From positions 35,092,001 to 35,156,000 of the forward strand of contig OZ024759.1 in NCBI GenBank assembly GCA_964016885.1: DNA of 64,000 nucleotides. Direction: 5' to 3'. Positions 1 through 13,168 of this stretch are shown piece after piece (the first letter of the stretch is position 1; each line of letters starts with the position of its first letter). The DNA comes from Eledone cirrhosa. Its lineage: Eukaryota. The position numbers were made by a program, and so were the translations under genes. The notes under the pieces were generated by a model. It was not told the origin of the DNA and did not search any database. It saw only the letters and a list, made by a program, of their open reading frames with translations.

Positions 1-579
1 CAACGGAAAGAATTACAGAGGCATTACCCCTGAGGATGGCAAGGGGGATGTACCGAAAGAGTCATCCCCAGTTGTAGATATGGGAGAGGGGGGTCTTCCT
101 TGTGATTCATTAGAACTCTTTACCTGTTTCTTTTGTTTTTAAGACAATATAGAACACACACGCACACACATGGTTGGCTGGGTCACTTACTTGTTGGCTG
201 GCTAACTTGCTAAGTTGCTGGCTGGCTAGCTAAATTGCTGACTGGCTTGCTAAGTTGCTGCTTGGTTGGATGATTAGCTGGCTGGTTAAGTTGGTGGTTG
301 GTTGGCTGGTCAGTGATATTGTTGTAAAGAATGTACCTTTCCTATATATTCTTTGTACCTTTTGCCTCAATGGTAAGGTGTAAGAACATTTTCTCTAGGT
401 TCACATAGGCACATAAAACCAGTTTCTCTGGGCTTCTATTGTTGCCAGCCTTTATTAAAATCTAGCTGACGCCCTGGAAGTTGTACTAGCTGACGCCATG
501 GAAGTTGTACGCTTCAGAAAAACCACCAACTATTAAAGATCAGTATAGAATTTTACATGTTTTATTTATAATTAGTATT

Positions 580-638
<59 letters not shown>

Positions 639-1236
639 TCCGCCTTGTCTATGTACAAAGAGAAACCTGCAGTCAGTAGGCCCCTCAAAACCAAATACAC
701 ACCCCATCCCACTACCCATACTCCATCCTCCCACTCCCACCAACACCACGCTTTCTCTGTAAAGTTATGTTGGTACCACAACATCCAGTCCAAACAAATG
801 AGATCGTGTAGGTGTTACAACAAAAAAACACATAGTCCACACTGTAATGTGGCCGTGTAGGTAACACGGTAAAAAGCTCCCAGTCCACACTGTAAATGTG
901 GTTGGTGTTAGGAAGGGCATCCAGCTGTAGAAAACCTGCCAGATAGTCCTATACGAGCAAGACACAGTCACCTGACCAATCTTGCCTCAAGTGGGACAAT
1001 CCCCGTCTAAACCCATGCTAGCGTGGAAGATAGACATTAAACAATGATGATGATGATGATATATATATATATATATATATATATACACTGTACCGTTTGT
1101 GTTGTTATTTCTGATTACGTTTGACGTACATATGTGTGTGTCTGAGTGTGTAAAAGGTAAACAGAAATAACAAAACAAACAGTACAGTATATGGAAGGAA
1201 TATATTAGTTTAATGCTTGAAATAACAGGAGGAGAG

Positions 1237-1272
1237 TGTTAACGTTTCGGACACTAGTCCTTCATCAGAAGA
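1237..1272 (-). ncRNA. Minimal hammerhead-like motif (family A, second copy)
   Basis: Reverse strand TCTT-CTGATGA-A-GGAC(TAGT)GTCC-GAAA-CGTT-AACA. Stem II perfect, stem I has one mismatch. Confidence 0.55.
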
Positions 1273-1374
1273 TAGAGGTAGAAATAGAAGGTAAATAGAA
1301 AGTAAAGAGTAATGAGAGGAAGAAACAGGGGAAATTGGGAGAAAAAATACATGTGTGCTTATTCAGTCGGCCAT

Positions 1375-1424
<50 letters not shown>

Positions 1425-1576
1425 GTTGTAACATAATATATATATATATAAATATATACATATTGGGTTGTAACATAATATATATAAATATATATATATT
1501 GGGTTGTAACATAAATTCCCGCCGTTGTTATAATGTATTTGTCTTCACAAATCGGTGGGAATTTATCTTACCACCC

Positions 1577-1651
<75 letters not shown>

Positions 1652-1962
1652 TGTGGTGTATATAGAAATGTAAATGTGGTTGGTGTTAGGAAGGGCATCC
1701 AGCCGTAGAAAACCCGCCAGACAGTCCTATGCGAGCAAGACAACCACTCTTGCCTCAAGTGGGAAAACTCCCGTCCAAACCCATGCAAGAGTGGAACATG
1801 GACGTTAAACGAAGATGATGATGATGATGATGAAGGAAGGCGACATTATCAGGAGAGTTCTTTTGTAACTAACCTCACTATATATATCATCATCATCATC
1901 ATCATCATCATTTTACGTCCGCTTTTCCCTGCTTGCAAGTGTGGGATGGGAACTGATTCTGG

Positions 1963-2015
<53 letters not shown>

Positions 2016-2074
2016 CAAGGCTCTGATACCATCAACACCATAAACACAGAGCTGGCATATCTAAGAACTGAGTA

Positions 2075-2130
2075 ACTGCCTGATGAGGTCATAGCCATTC
2101 AATGGCTACCATCGAAATATATATAGCAGT
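2075..2130 (+). ncRNA. Type-I minimal hammerhead ribozyme (family E)
   Basis: Stem I ACTGC/GCAGT; CTGATGA 2080-2086; stem II GGT..ATC with inner TAGCCAT/ATGGCTA; GAAA 2114-2117; palindromic TATATA; predicted AUA cleavage after 2125. AATAAA follows, and the element is flanked by (TA)n. Confidence 0.85.
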
Positions 2131-2171
2131 AAATAAAGGATTATGAGTTCATGCAATTGACTTATGTTTCG

Positions 2172-2246
<75 letters not shown>

Positions 2247-2459
2247 TATAAAGCCACTATTGTAATTATTTTGAAGTATGAGAAATTTTGTTAATAAAGG
2301 AATTTGTAAGACTTCCCCCTCTCCTCTTCCTACTCCTTGCCAATATAATAGCTAGGATTCCTTTATTTTGCTGGTTGCAGTCATTAGACTGTGGCCATGC
2401 TGGGGCACCACCTTGACTTCTTCTTAAGGTCTACCTCTACTCTGGCTTCCCTATGTATG

Positions 2460-2515
<56 letters not shown>

Positions 2516-2624
2516 AGTATGTATATATATGTATATAAATGTATGGATGAATATAGCTATATGTATTTTAAGTGTATGTGTTGTGTGTGTGTGTTTATAT
2601 ATTTATATATGTGTGTGTATAAAC

Positions 2625-2690
<66 letters not shown>

Positions 2691-3117
2691 GTAATTATAT
2701 GTATGTGTGTGTGTGTATATATATATATTTATGTATGTGTGTAAGGGTGGATGGAGGTGTTTGTGGGGGTGAGATGGGGCAGGTACTGATGTAGGATTCA
2801 TTTACATGCTCCAATGACTCAACGTTGAAAGCAAAATGGTTTCTGCTCAATTTTTCTGGAACCAGTCACCAGAACTGACTGATCACACACACACACACAT
2901 ACATACATACATATACACGCACACACACACACACATATACATACATACATGCATATACACACGCACACACATACACACACATATATATATATATACACAT
3001 ATATATATATATATACATATATATGTATATATGTATATATATATATATGCATATATGTATATATACATATATGCATATATACATATGTGTATATGCATAT
3101 ATATATACACGCGCACG

Positions 3118-3193
<76 letters not shown>

Positions 3194-3605
3194 ATGTGTG
3201 GAACCTTGTTTAAAGTAGTAGTATGCCAAATATGTTTATTGGCAGGAACCTTCTAGAAAGTCTGGCTGTAAATATGGCAGCTATTGTTTTGTTCTAGAAA
3301 CTAAATTCTATTGTAGTGGGGGTCGTTGTTGTTGTTGTTGTTGTGCTTCTTTTCACTCTTTTAGGGTTGGGATTTACTGAGGTAACCTGGGATGGTAGGG
3401 AGTTGATTTTTCTAATAAACTTCTGCTAGATTGCAGGGTCTTTTATATGGTAACATGTGGCTATATATATATATATATAACATGTGGCAATGTATGTATA
3501 AAGCTTTGATATTGATTATTCTGTTATATGTATAACAACAACAGCAACAACAAAACGACATTGATGTTTCTTTGTTATTTAACCTTTATAGAGCAGCAAA
3601 GCTGA

Positions 3606-3652
<47 letters not shown>

Positions 3653-3674
3653 ACACACATGCATGTATACAGTA

Positions 3675-4005
3675 GTGAAGGCTTAGTGGTTAGAGCATTG
3701 GGCTTGCAATCAGAAGGTTGTGAGTTTGATTCTCGGATCAGGTGATGCGTTGCATCCTTCAGCAAGACACTTTATTTCACGTTGCTCCAGTTTACTCAGC
3801 TGTAGAAATGAGTTGTGACGTCACTGGTGCCAAGCTGTATCAGCCATAGCCTCTCCCTTGGACATCATCAGTTTGTGGAGAGACTGGTATGCATGGGCGA
3901 CTGCTGGTCTTCCACAAACAACCTTGCCCAGACTTGTGCCTCAGGGGGAAACTTTCTATGTGCAAATCCCATGACCATTAGTGACCGAAGGGGGTCTTTA
4001 CTTCT
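3675..4005 (+). mobile_element. tRNA-derived SINE, family 1 (CORE-like central CCTTGAGCAAGACACTTT)
   Basis: A-box TAGTGGTTAG, B-box-like GAGTTTGATTC. Copies at 12811-13168(-), 15531-15776(-), 15960-16203(+), 22074-22385(+) and 35358-35731(+). Confidence 0.85.
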
Positions 4006-4236
4006 TTTTTTACAGCCTGAAACTAGCTGTTGAAATGGCAAGAGGTTAGCCATTGGGTCCCGACCCTCTCTCTCTATATATATAAACCAGGGTGGATTCA
4101 GTTTGAAACTAGTTAGACCATTACTCACCAGAGTACTCAATACTTAATACTTGGAGTAGTAGAGTGTGGTTATATTATAAAGAGTTGGAATCCAACGATT
4201 GAGCTCTTGAGGTTTCAACTGCTAGTTCCAGACTGT

Positions 4237-4293
<57 letters not shown>

Positions 4294-4463
4294 TAGACGT
4301 GCTCCATCATCCACTTTTCTATAAAACAAATCATACACAAAACGCCAGCACCAACAGTTTTGCAAGAGATGTCAACATGAATGGACCTCTTATTTTTATC
4401 TTAAGACATTTTTTTCCAATTCCAACCCGCCCGTCCCCTCAATCTATTTTATTTCTCATTTTT

Positions 4464-4499
4464 TCTTCTGATGAAGGACTAGCATCCGAAACGTTAAGA
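4464..4499 (+). ncRNA. Minimal hammerhead-like motif (family A)
   Basis: TCTT-CTGATGA-A-GGA(CTAGCA)TCC-GAAA-CG-TT-AAGA. Stem I TCTT/AAGA, palindromic ACGT helix III, one extra A before stem II. Confidence 0.65.
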
Positions 4500-5039
4500 C
4501 CCTCTTCCTGTTATATCAAGCGTTAACCTAATATATCCCTTCTATATACTGTACTGACTTTGTTGTTATTTCTGTTTACCTTTTACATATATATACACAC
4601 ACACACACACACACAAGCAAGGCCTCCTCTTCTCCCCCTACACCAACCAACACCCAGGTACCATCATCCTCTACTGTGTAACACACACAACCAAGGTTTC
4701 CTTCCTCTCCCGCTACACCACCCCTAACCACCACCCAGGTATTGTTATTATTCTATCTATTTAACATTAACAATAAAATATGTTCTACCATAAAACATAG
4801 GTGTGATGTTATTTCTGTGGAGGGGGGGGGGATTTCTGTGGCGGCAGGGGGAGTGTGATGTTATTTCTGTGGAGGGGGGGGTTCTGTGGCGGTGGTGGTG
4901 GCGGCAGGGGGAGTGTGATGTTATTTCTGTGGAGGTGGTGGCGCGGTGGGGAGGGGGGGGGTATTTCTGTGGCGGTGGTGGTGGTGGGAGGTCTCTCATC
5001 TTGTTGTTGTTAATATTTTTACAGCTGAGTAGTGGCTGT

Positions 5040-6580
5040 GATGGGTGTGGTAGTGGTGGTGGTGGTGGTGGTGTTGATGTGTATATGTGGTGGTGCCTGT
5101 GTACATGTGTGTGTGTGTGTGTGTGTGGTAGTGGTGTTGAGCTTGGTATTTGTGTTGTGATAGTGGTGGTGGTGGTGGTGAGTGTGGTGTGGGTAGTAGT
5201 AGTAGTGGTGGTGGTGATGTTGTTAAGTGTGGTGTGGGTAGTAGTAGTAGTAGTGGTGGTGGTGTCGGCGGTAGTAGTAGTAGTAGTAGTAGTGGTGGTG
5301 ATGTTGTTAAGTGTGGTGTGGGTAGTAGTAGTAGTAGTGGTGGTGATGTTGTTAAGTGTGGTGTGGGTAGTAGTAGTAGTAGTGGTGGTGGTGGTGTCGG
5401 CGGTAGTAGTGGTGTGGGTAGTAGTAGTAGTAGTGGTGGTGGTGGTGTCGGCGGTAGTAGTGGTGTGGGTAGTAGTAGTAGTGGTGGCGGTGGTGGTGGT
5501 GGTGGTGATGGGGGTTTCCTCCCTCTCATCACTCAGTAGACAGTGGAAATGGTATCTATTTTTAACCAGACAGACTGGTGTAGTGGTGGTGGTGGTGGTG
5601 GTGGGGTGGTGGTGGTGGGGGGTTGGGTGGGGGGTTAGCACGAACACAGGAGGGATGTATCTCGTGTCCCCCCCCTCCCCCCACACAGGCACTCTACAAA
5701 TATGGTGGTGGCAGCAGTGGTGGTCGTTGAACTGTTGATTCTTTTCCCCCTCTACTATAGGACTTATGTTGTGGGGTAACATCATCATCATCACCATAAC
5801 CCCCCATCACTATCGCCATCACCAACCTCATCTTCATCACCATCAGCAGCAGCAGCCCCATCACAACCACATTGTCACCACCACAACCATCGTCACCATC
5901 ATCACCACCACAACCATTGTCACCATCACAGCCATCATCACCATCACAACCATCATCACCATCATCACCACCACAACCATTGTCACCATCACAGCCATCA
6001 TCACCATCACAACCATCATCACCATCATCACCACCACAACCATTGTCACCATCACAGCCATCATCACCATCACAACCATCATCACCATCACAACCATCAT
6101 CACCATCACAACCATCATCACCATCACAACCATCATCACCATCATCACCACCACAACCATCATCACCATCACAACCATCGTCACCATCATCACCACCACA
6201 ACCATTGTCACCATCACAGCCATCATCACCATCACAACCATCATCACCATCACAACCATCATCACCATCACAACCATCATCACCATCACAGCCATCATCA
6301 CCATCACAACCATCATCACCATCACAACCATCATCACCATCATCACCACCACAACCATTGTCACCATCACAACCATTGTCACCATCATCATCAGCAGCCC
6401 CATCACAACCACATTGTCACCACCACAACCATCATCACAACCATTGTCACCATCATCACCATTGTTACCATCACAGCCACCATCACCATCATCACCATCA
6501 TCACCATTGTTACCATCACAGCCATTGTCACTGCCTTCTTTATTGTCACCACAGCAACCAACCATCATCATCACCAATAT
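5040..6580. repeat. (GGT/AGT)n and (CAT/CAC)n trinucleotide low-complexity blocks
   Basis: Direct reading; these generate the spurious poly-T/V/I ORFs. Confidence 0.9.
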
Positions 6581-6872
6581 TGTTACCTGCAGTTTTATCA
6601 CTTATTCAAGGTCACTCTAACTGAATGCCAGTCACATACTGGGTATTAACTACTGGTTTGTTGTTGTTGATGATGTTGTTGTTGTTGTTGATGGTGTTGT
6701 TGTTGTTGTTGTTGTTTGTCAAATATTTGTTTGTTTCCACCCCCACTTGACCCTGGCTTTTCAGGGGAGGGGACCCCTCTAAACACACACACACATAAAT
6801 ATATATATATATACATATATATATACATAGAAAGTTATATTTAAATTGTTGGGTTAACAACGAGTAAATATT

Positions 6873-7086
<214 letters not shown>

Positions 7087-7270
7087 TATATATATATATC
7101 ATATTTAATGTGGAAATGGCTTCTATGGGACTAGAACTGTTTCATTCGAAGGAAATCATCAAGAAAGCCTCATGTTTACACTCTATACTAATGTATTGAG
7201 TACCTTACTTACTGTGGTTACACCCGATTGAACCCGGGACTCACTTGTGTGTGTGTGTATATACGTATAT

Positions 7271-7896
7271 ATATATATGTGTGTGTATGTCAGGTCACCA
7301 GTTGGTGCTACTGGTAACATGTATCCCAGTACAACCTGTCTCATGGTTGGGTCGTTGGCGACTAAACTGGCAACCCCACCAAGGTTTCTTGGTGAGGAGG
7401 GTGACTTTGGACATCCTGCAGGACTAAAAACAAAACCTGTCAAAGGGCAAAGGAGCTCTTAAGAGTCAATGGCCATCCAAAATCACCGGGAGAGATGACC
7501 CCTTAGCCTTTGTCAAGGCAGAATTCTAGGAGAAGGAAAACTCTGATATAACACCTGCAACCCTGATGGTATCCAATGATGTTGACTTGTTCTTCTTTTT
7601 GGTAAATATCATCTTGGTTAAGAGAGTGGGACTGGCTTTGTGCAGTGCCTTTGCTCACTATAAAAGCTTCACGGCACAGGCATTGCTTTATATCTGGAGA
7701 TCTCTCTGCACTTGTCGTCACATGGTAGCATGGGCCCAGCACTATGTGTCAATAATTGTCACAAGTGTAGTGTTTGTACCAGAGTTTTCATGTCGCAGGC
7801 TGGACTAAAAAGTCACACTCGTTCAGCGCTTCGGTAGGGGTTCTCCTACATGGATATAAAGTAGTGGCCGTACTCGAAAACGAGTTGGCAGCCACC
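7271..7896 (+). mobile_element. Internally deleted RTE-derived element (5'UTR-like part plus 3' zinc-finger end)
   Basis: 5' part has GGAGAAGGAAAACTCTGA, typical of RTE 5'UTRs. 7766-7825 encodes CSVCTRVFMSQAGLKSHTRS, like the terminal zinc finger of RTE ORFs. Partial copy at ~54667-54778. Confidence 0.6.
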
Positions 7897-8002
7897 ATAT
7901 ATATATATATATATATCAATGATGGTTGGCAAATCACTGACGAAGGACTAATTTTATCATATGTAACCCATGTGCAACCATGCAGTATTCTTCTTTCTTC
8001 TC

Positions 8003-8041
<39 letters not shown>

Positions 8042-8206
8042 GATAACAAGTTATCGTTTTAGGTAATCCAGTTAGAGGTTGTGAGTATTCTGTACTATGG
8101 ATAGTTTTAACGTACGGCGTTGGTTGACTCAACAAGAGGTTTCCATAGTTAGGTGGAGAGTTTGCGAGAATTCTCATGTAGGTTATTCTTGGAGTAATAG
8201 TAGTGA

Positions 8207-8476
8207 AAGATTGAAGAATAAGATGGTCGGCTGTACAAAAAGGGTTTTATTTACAGTATTAACCACTGTTTCATTGACCAGGTGAGTCAGAAGGTCGCTA
8301 ATCACTCGAAGTTGCCTCAGTCGACCTTAAATACAGTGTTTACCTCTGATCAGAGGTAAACACTGTATTTAAGGTTGAGTGATTAGCGGCCTTTAGACTC
8401 ACCTGATCAATGAAACTTTTGATAATACTAGAAATAAAACCTTTTTGTACAGCTGACCATGTTATTCTTCAATCTT
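8207..8476. repeat. Spacer-less long palindrome (fold-back element)
   Basis: Perfect centre ACCTTAAATACAGTGTTTACCTCTGA|TCAGAGGTAAACACTGTATTTAAGGT, with diverged arms of ~130 bp. Confidence 0.85.
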
Positions 8477-8599
8477 ACACACACACACACATATATATAA
8501 ATATATATATATATTAAATGTATAAATTGAGTTAGGAACTCAAAATAGTCTCTTACAACAAAATAGCTCTAGGAAAGAGATATTTCTGAGCCGTATATT

Positions 8600-8778
8600 A
8601 TAATAGAATATAAAAGAAAAGCGAACACAGATATATAGATATATGTGTTCAAATCGTAAGGGACCTGATTCGCTAAGGTGAAAAGAATACTAACTATAGA
8701 CAAAGCGAATCAGGTCCCCTACGATTTGAACACATATATCTATATATCTGTGTTCGCTTTTCTTTTATATTCTATTAT
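8600..8778. repeat. Hairpin element with ~75-bp arms
   Basis: Nearly perfect inverted arms around a ~29-nt loop. The loop begins CGCTAAGGTGAAA, shared with family C hammerhead stem II/GAAA. Confidence 0.85.
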
Positions 8779-8783
8779 TATTA

Positions 8784-8839
<56 letters not shown>

Positions 8840-9084
8840 TATATATATACATATATATACACATATATATATACATACATATATATCCCTTCTCTCTCCC
8901 TATCTGCTGCAACTCTGCCCCCCCCCCCTCTATCTATCTATCTATCTTTCCTCTGTTGTTTTTATTGAAGTTTCTTTCTCAGCCTAAAGCTGTTGACTTG
9001 TTAATAAAAAAATTTCATTAGTTGATGTTGTTAATTAATTCTCATTAAAGTTAAACTAATTTACTGTTGTTTTGTGTGTTTCAG

Positions 9085-9770
9085 GAATCGATGATACTGT
9101 GTGTTGCTACATGTGTAACGGCCATCTGCGAGAATGGGATGAATCAGACAACCCATGGATAGAACATGCCAAATTCTTCCCCAACTGTCTTTATTTAAGA
9201 AACATGAAGGGTGATGCGTTCGTCGCAGAAATCTGTCGAAATCTGGAGCACTTACCGAAAGATAATCGCAACAGAGTGATAACCCAGCGCAGTTTCACAG
9301 CTGCTGACCACGTGGCATTTGCTGGTCAACCTGGTCAAGCTGGCTTCCCTAATTCCTTACCGGAAGTCTTCTCAACGTCCGGTCAAAGTACGTTTTCTAG
9401 TTCTCACCATCCATCAGGGTTTTCTAACCCCAACAACTTGACTGGGCTGACCAACTCAAGCCAGAGAGCATTCTTGAATGCTGGCCAGGTGGAATTTTCT
9501 AACAGCGGCGAACGGCCAATCTTTAGATTACCATACCACAGTAACATTAGCTCTTGTATGGACCCTATATTGGATGAACTTCGGTTGTTACCTGACGTGA
9601 AGGCTCCCATAAACCGGGCCTCTACAGCATCTAGCCACCTCACTACCGCTGACCATAGGCAGTTACAACAGCCACAGGCCCAACATCACCAGGTTCCTGT
9701 ACCACCAGTCCAATCATCTTGGAGCAGTCAAGAAACTAATCCCAGACTCTTCGGTTCTATTCACACTTCG
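9085..9770 (+). CDS. IAP: IAP (BIRC family) exon A: C-terminal half of BIR domain plus Ser/Pro/Gln linker (gene 5'-incomplete in window)
   Basis: Acceptor tttcAG|GA at 9084/9085 (phase 1). Translation GIDDTVCCYMCNGHLREWDESDNPWIEHAKFFPNCLYL has the exact BIR Zn-ligand spacing C-x2-C-x16-H-x6-C. Donor TCG|GTATGT at 9770/9771 (phase 0). Confidence 0.93.
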
Positions 9771-9884
9771 GTATGTCTACACATCTTCATTACTTTATTT
9801 ATCAAGAGTACAACTATTTCACATGTTATAACTACAATCATTACACACTACAGTTATAACAGACTATACTATAATCTCCATGTT

Positions 9885-10232
9885 TCTGTAACTACATGGT
9901 ATATATATCACCATGTGTCCATGACTGCATGGTATATATCTCGATATCTCCATGACTACATGGTACATATATCACCATGTGTCCATGACTACATGGTATA
10001 TATCTCGATATCTCCATGACTATATGGTATATATATCACCACGTGTCCATGACTACATGGTATATATATCTCCATGTGTCCATGACTACATGGTATATAT
10101 CTCCGTGTCCATCACTACATGGTATATATCTCCATGTGTCCATCACTACATGGTATATATCTCCATGTGTCCATCACTACATGGTATATATCTCCATGTG
10201 TCCATCACTACATGGTATATATCTCCATGTTT
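9885..10232. repeat. ~31-32-bp minisatellite
   Basis: Unit ACTACATGGTATATATCTCCATGTGTCCATC. Confidence 0.9.
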
Positions 10233-10625
10233 CCATAGTAGGGTAATGTCCCTGTTCCCATCTTCTTCATCTGCCAGTGCTTCTCACTTTGTCCTGTAGG
10301 TCAAGCTGGACCTGTAAGTTTTCTGGGCCCGCTTTAGGTAGTCTCAAGCTGCAGATAACTAGGATTGAGAGATCACAGCTCTGGTACTATGGACATGTGG
10401 TTAGAATGTCTCAGGAAAGAATCACTGGACAGATTTGACAGGCAACCAAATGGCAGTACATACTTTCCAACACCCAGTCTTCAGGATTACTAATCTGTTA
10501 AGTAATTTCTTTGACACTACATTCACATCTTCCATTTTAACTCTGAATGTCCTGTACCACATGAAACCACATTAGTAAGACAGTCTTGAAAAGTATAAAA
10601 CAATATTATGACTGCATGACATTAA

Positions 10626-11127
10626 CCCTTCAGCATTTAAACCGGCCATATCCGGCCAGAATTCTCTCACCTCTTTCTTATCAAAACGGCCATAACTGGC
10701 CACTCATACTGATGTTAAGGTATTGTTCTGAAAATAAATAATATCAAAATCTCATAGGTTTGATATTGAGATATGTGAGTTAATTATGTGAGGTAAAGCC
10801 TTTACCACAAAAATACAATAGTATATATAGAGTAATGTAAATGTTATGTGAGATATTATGTGAGGTAAAGCCTTTACTGTGAAAATACAATAGTATATAT
10901 AGAGTAATGTAAATGTTATGTGAGGTAAAGCCTTTACTGTGAAAATACAATAGTATATATAGAGTAATGTAAATGTTATGTGAGCTATTATGTGAGGTAA
11001 AGCCTTTACCACAAAAATACAATAGTATATATAGAGTAATGTAAATGTTATGTGAGATATTATGTGAGGTAAAGCCTTTACTGTGAAAATACAATAGTAT
11101 ATATAGAGTAATGTAAATGCTAAAGGG
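10626..11127. mobile_element. piggyBac-type MITE with internal 60/71-bp tandem array
   Basis: TTAA|CCCTTCAGCATTTA ... TAAATGCTAAAGGG|TTAA (TTAA TSD, CCCT TIR), ~5 internal repeat units. Confidence 0.85.
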
Positions 11128-11916
11128 TTAAAAATTAATATCTTTACTGTAATATTGCAAATTTTCACAATAATCTGTCACTAGTAAAGATACTACAAAC
11201 ATTTGAATTAACATACCATATGAACCTACATTAGCAAGACATTCTTTAAAAGTATAAAACAGCACTATGACTGTACCACGTTAAAAATAAAAGCATTTAC
11301 TTTAATAATGCACCAACACTACCACTTTACAGAGTGCACTGGGTGTATTTCATGATGAAAGAACACAGATATACATACATAGACATGTACACACACACAT
11401 ACAAAGATACTTATAGAGATATACATAAACATGCACATACATATAAGCATGCACAAACACACCTATCTCTCTCTCTATATACACACACACACACACACAC
11501 ACGTACTGTCCAGCTGTTCCTATGTCCTGCTGTACCTGTGTTTGTATTTACGCACCTGTCTAAATTTACACATCCCCATCTCCCTCTTCACCTCTTTTCC
11601 CCCTTCTCTCTCTCACCCTTTCTTGTACACACACACACACACACACACACATACATATAAAAACAAGAAAAGCACCAACCATTTGTGTGTAGACAAATAG
11701 GTATATAGTTAGGTGGCTGGGTGGATGGTAGGTAGGTAGATGATAGGTAAACAGACAGGTAGACAAATAGGTAGGTAAATAGAGAAACAGATCCAAATTG
11801 CTGTTGGTGGAGGTCTATGCTTCAGGGATACTAAAATATTGCTCATATGCACGTTCATACATCTGTGTTTAATATATATATATACATACATGCATATACT
11901 CACACACACACATATA

Positions 11917-11947
<31 letters not shown>

Positions 11948-12405
11948 CATTACCATATTTCTAATGAAAGACACAGTCTCTGTCATTAACCCTTTCATTA
12001 CCATATTTCTAATGAAAGACACTGTCTATGTCATTAACCCTTTCATTACCATATTTCTAATGAAAGACACTGTCTATGTCATTAACCCTTTCATTACCAT
12101 ATTTCTAATGAAAGACACTGTCTATGTCTTTAACCCTTTCATTACCATAATTCTAATGAAAGACACTGTCTATGTCATTAACCCTTTCATTACCATATTT
12201 CTAATGAAAGACACAGTCTATGTCATTAACCCTTTCATTACCATATTTCTAATGAAAGACACAGTCTATGTCATTAACCCTTTCATTACCATATTTCTAG
12301 TGAAAGACACAGTCTATGTCATTAACCCTTTCATTACCATATTTCTAATGAAAGACACTGTCGATGTCTTTAACCCTTTCATTACCATATTTCTAACGAA
12401 AGACT
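11948..12405. repeat. 48-bp minisatellite (~9.5 copies)
   Basis: Unit TTAACCCTTTCATTACCATATTTCTAATGAAAGACACTGTCTATGTCA. Confidence 0.92.
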
Positions 12406-12810
12406 CAGTTTTCAGGAGGTTTGGTATTCAGAGTTTTAACACTTTGAAAGCGACAACACAAGGGAGGTAATATTAATAGGCTCACTTATCTCCCATGTTT
12501 GTAGATTTTATGAATACATAATTATGGTTTTTTGAATACAGCTTTATTATATTACAAGTTAATGCGGCCTTTCAACATGAAAAGTTTCGTCACCTCTGGA
12601 GAATAGCATAAACCCCATCACTAATCTGGCAAAGTGGGTAGTAATTATGTAAAACCCTTTTGATATTAAATCACCTGATAGCTCCTGTACGGCATACAAA
12701 CTTTATACCTTTCACCTGATGTTTGTAGTTTAAACCATTTATTTATTATAATTTTTAAATGCCTTCCTAAATTGAAGTGTGTCTTATAAGCTGTCAAATA
12801 TAGAAATTAA

Positions 12811-13168
12811 GGGTAAGGTAAAGATCCCCTTCAGTGGTGAATGACCATGGTATTTGCATCTAGAAAGTTCCCCTCTGAGGTACAAGTCTAGGTAAGATTG
12901 TTCATGGAAGACCAGCAGTCACCCATACATACCAGTCTCTCTTCAATGATGTTGTCCAAGGGAAAGACAATGGCTGATATAGCTTGGCACCAGTGACGTC
13001 GCAACAGACACACTATATATACTATATATATATATATATACACTACAGCTGAGTAAACTGGAACAACATGAAATAAAGTGTCTTGCTCAAGAACACAACA
13101 CATCAGCCAAACTCACAACCTCACAGTTGTAAGCCAGACCCTCTAACCACTAAGCCATGCACCTTCAC
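12811..13168 (-). mobile_element. SINE family 1 copy interrupted by (TA)n
   Basis: Reverse complement of 3675-4005. Confidence 0.8.

Noticed and set aside
26-70. CTGAGGA...CCGAAAGAGTC hammerhead-like motif
   Set aside because: No complementary stem I could be formed.
3420-3455. Candidate upstream BIR exon (GCAGGGTCTTTTATATG|GTAAC)
   Set aside because: It does not translate to the LAxAGFxY/WP BIR motifs in any frame. The N-terminal BIR exon was not found in the window.
7930-7985. CTGACGAAGGAC motif (also the family A copy at ~28330-28370 on the minus strand)
   Set aside because: The GAAA core is missing; at most decayed relics.
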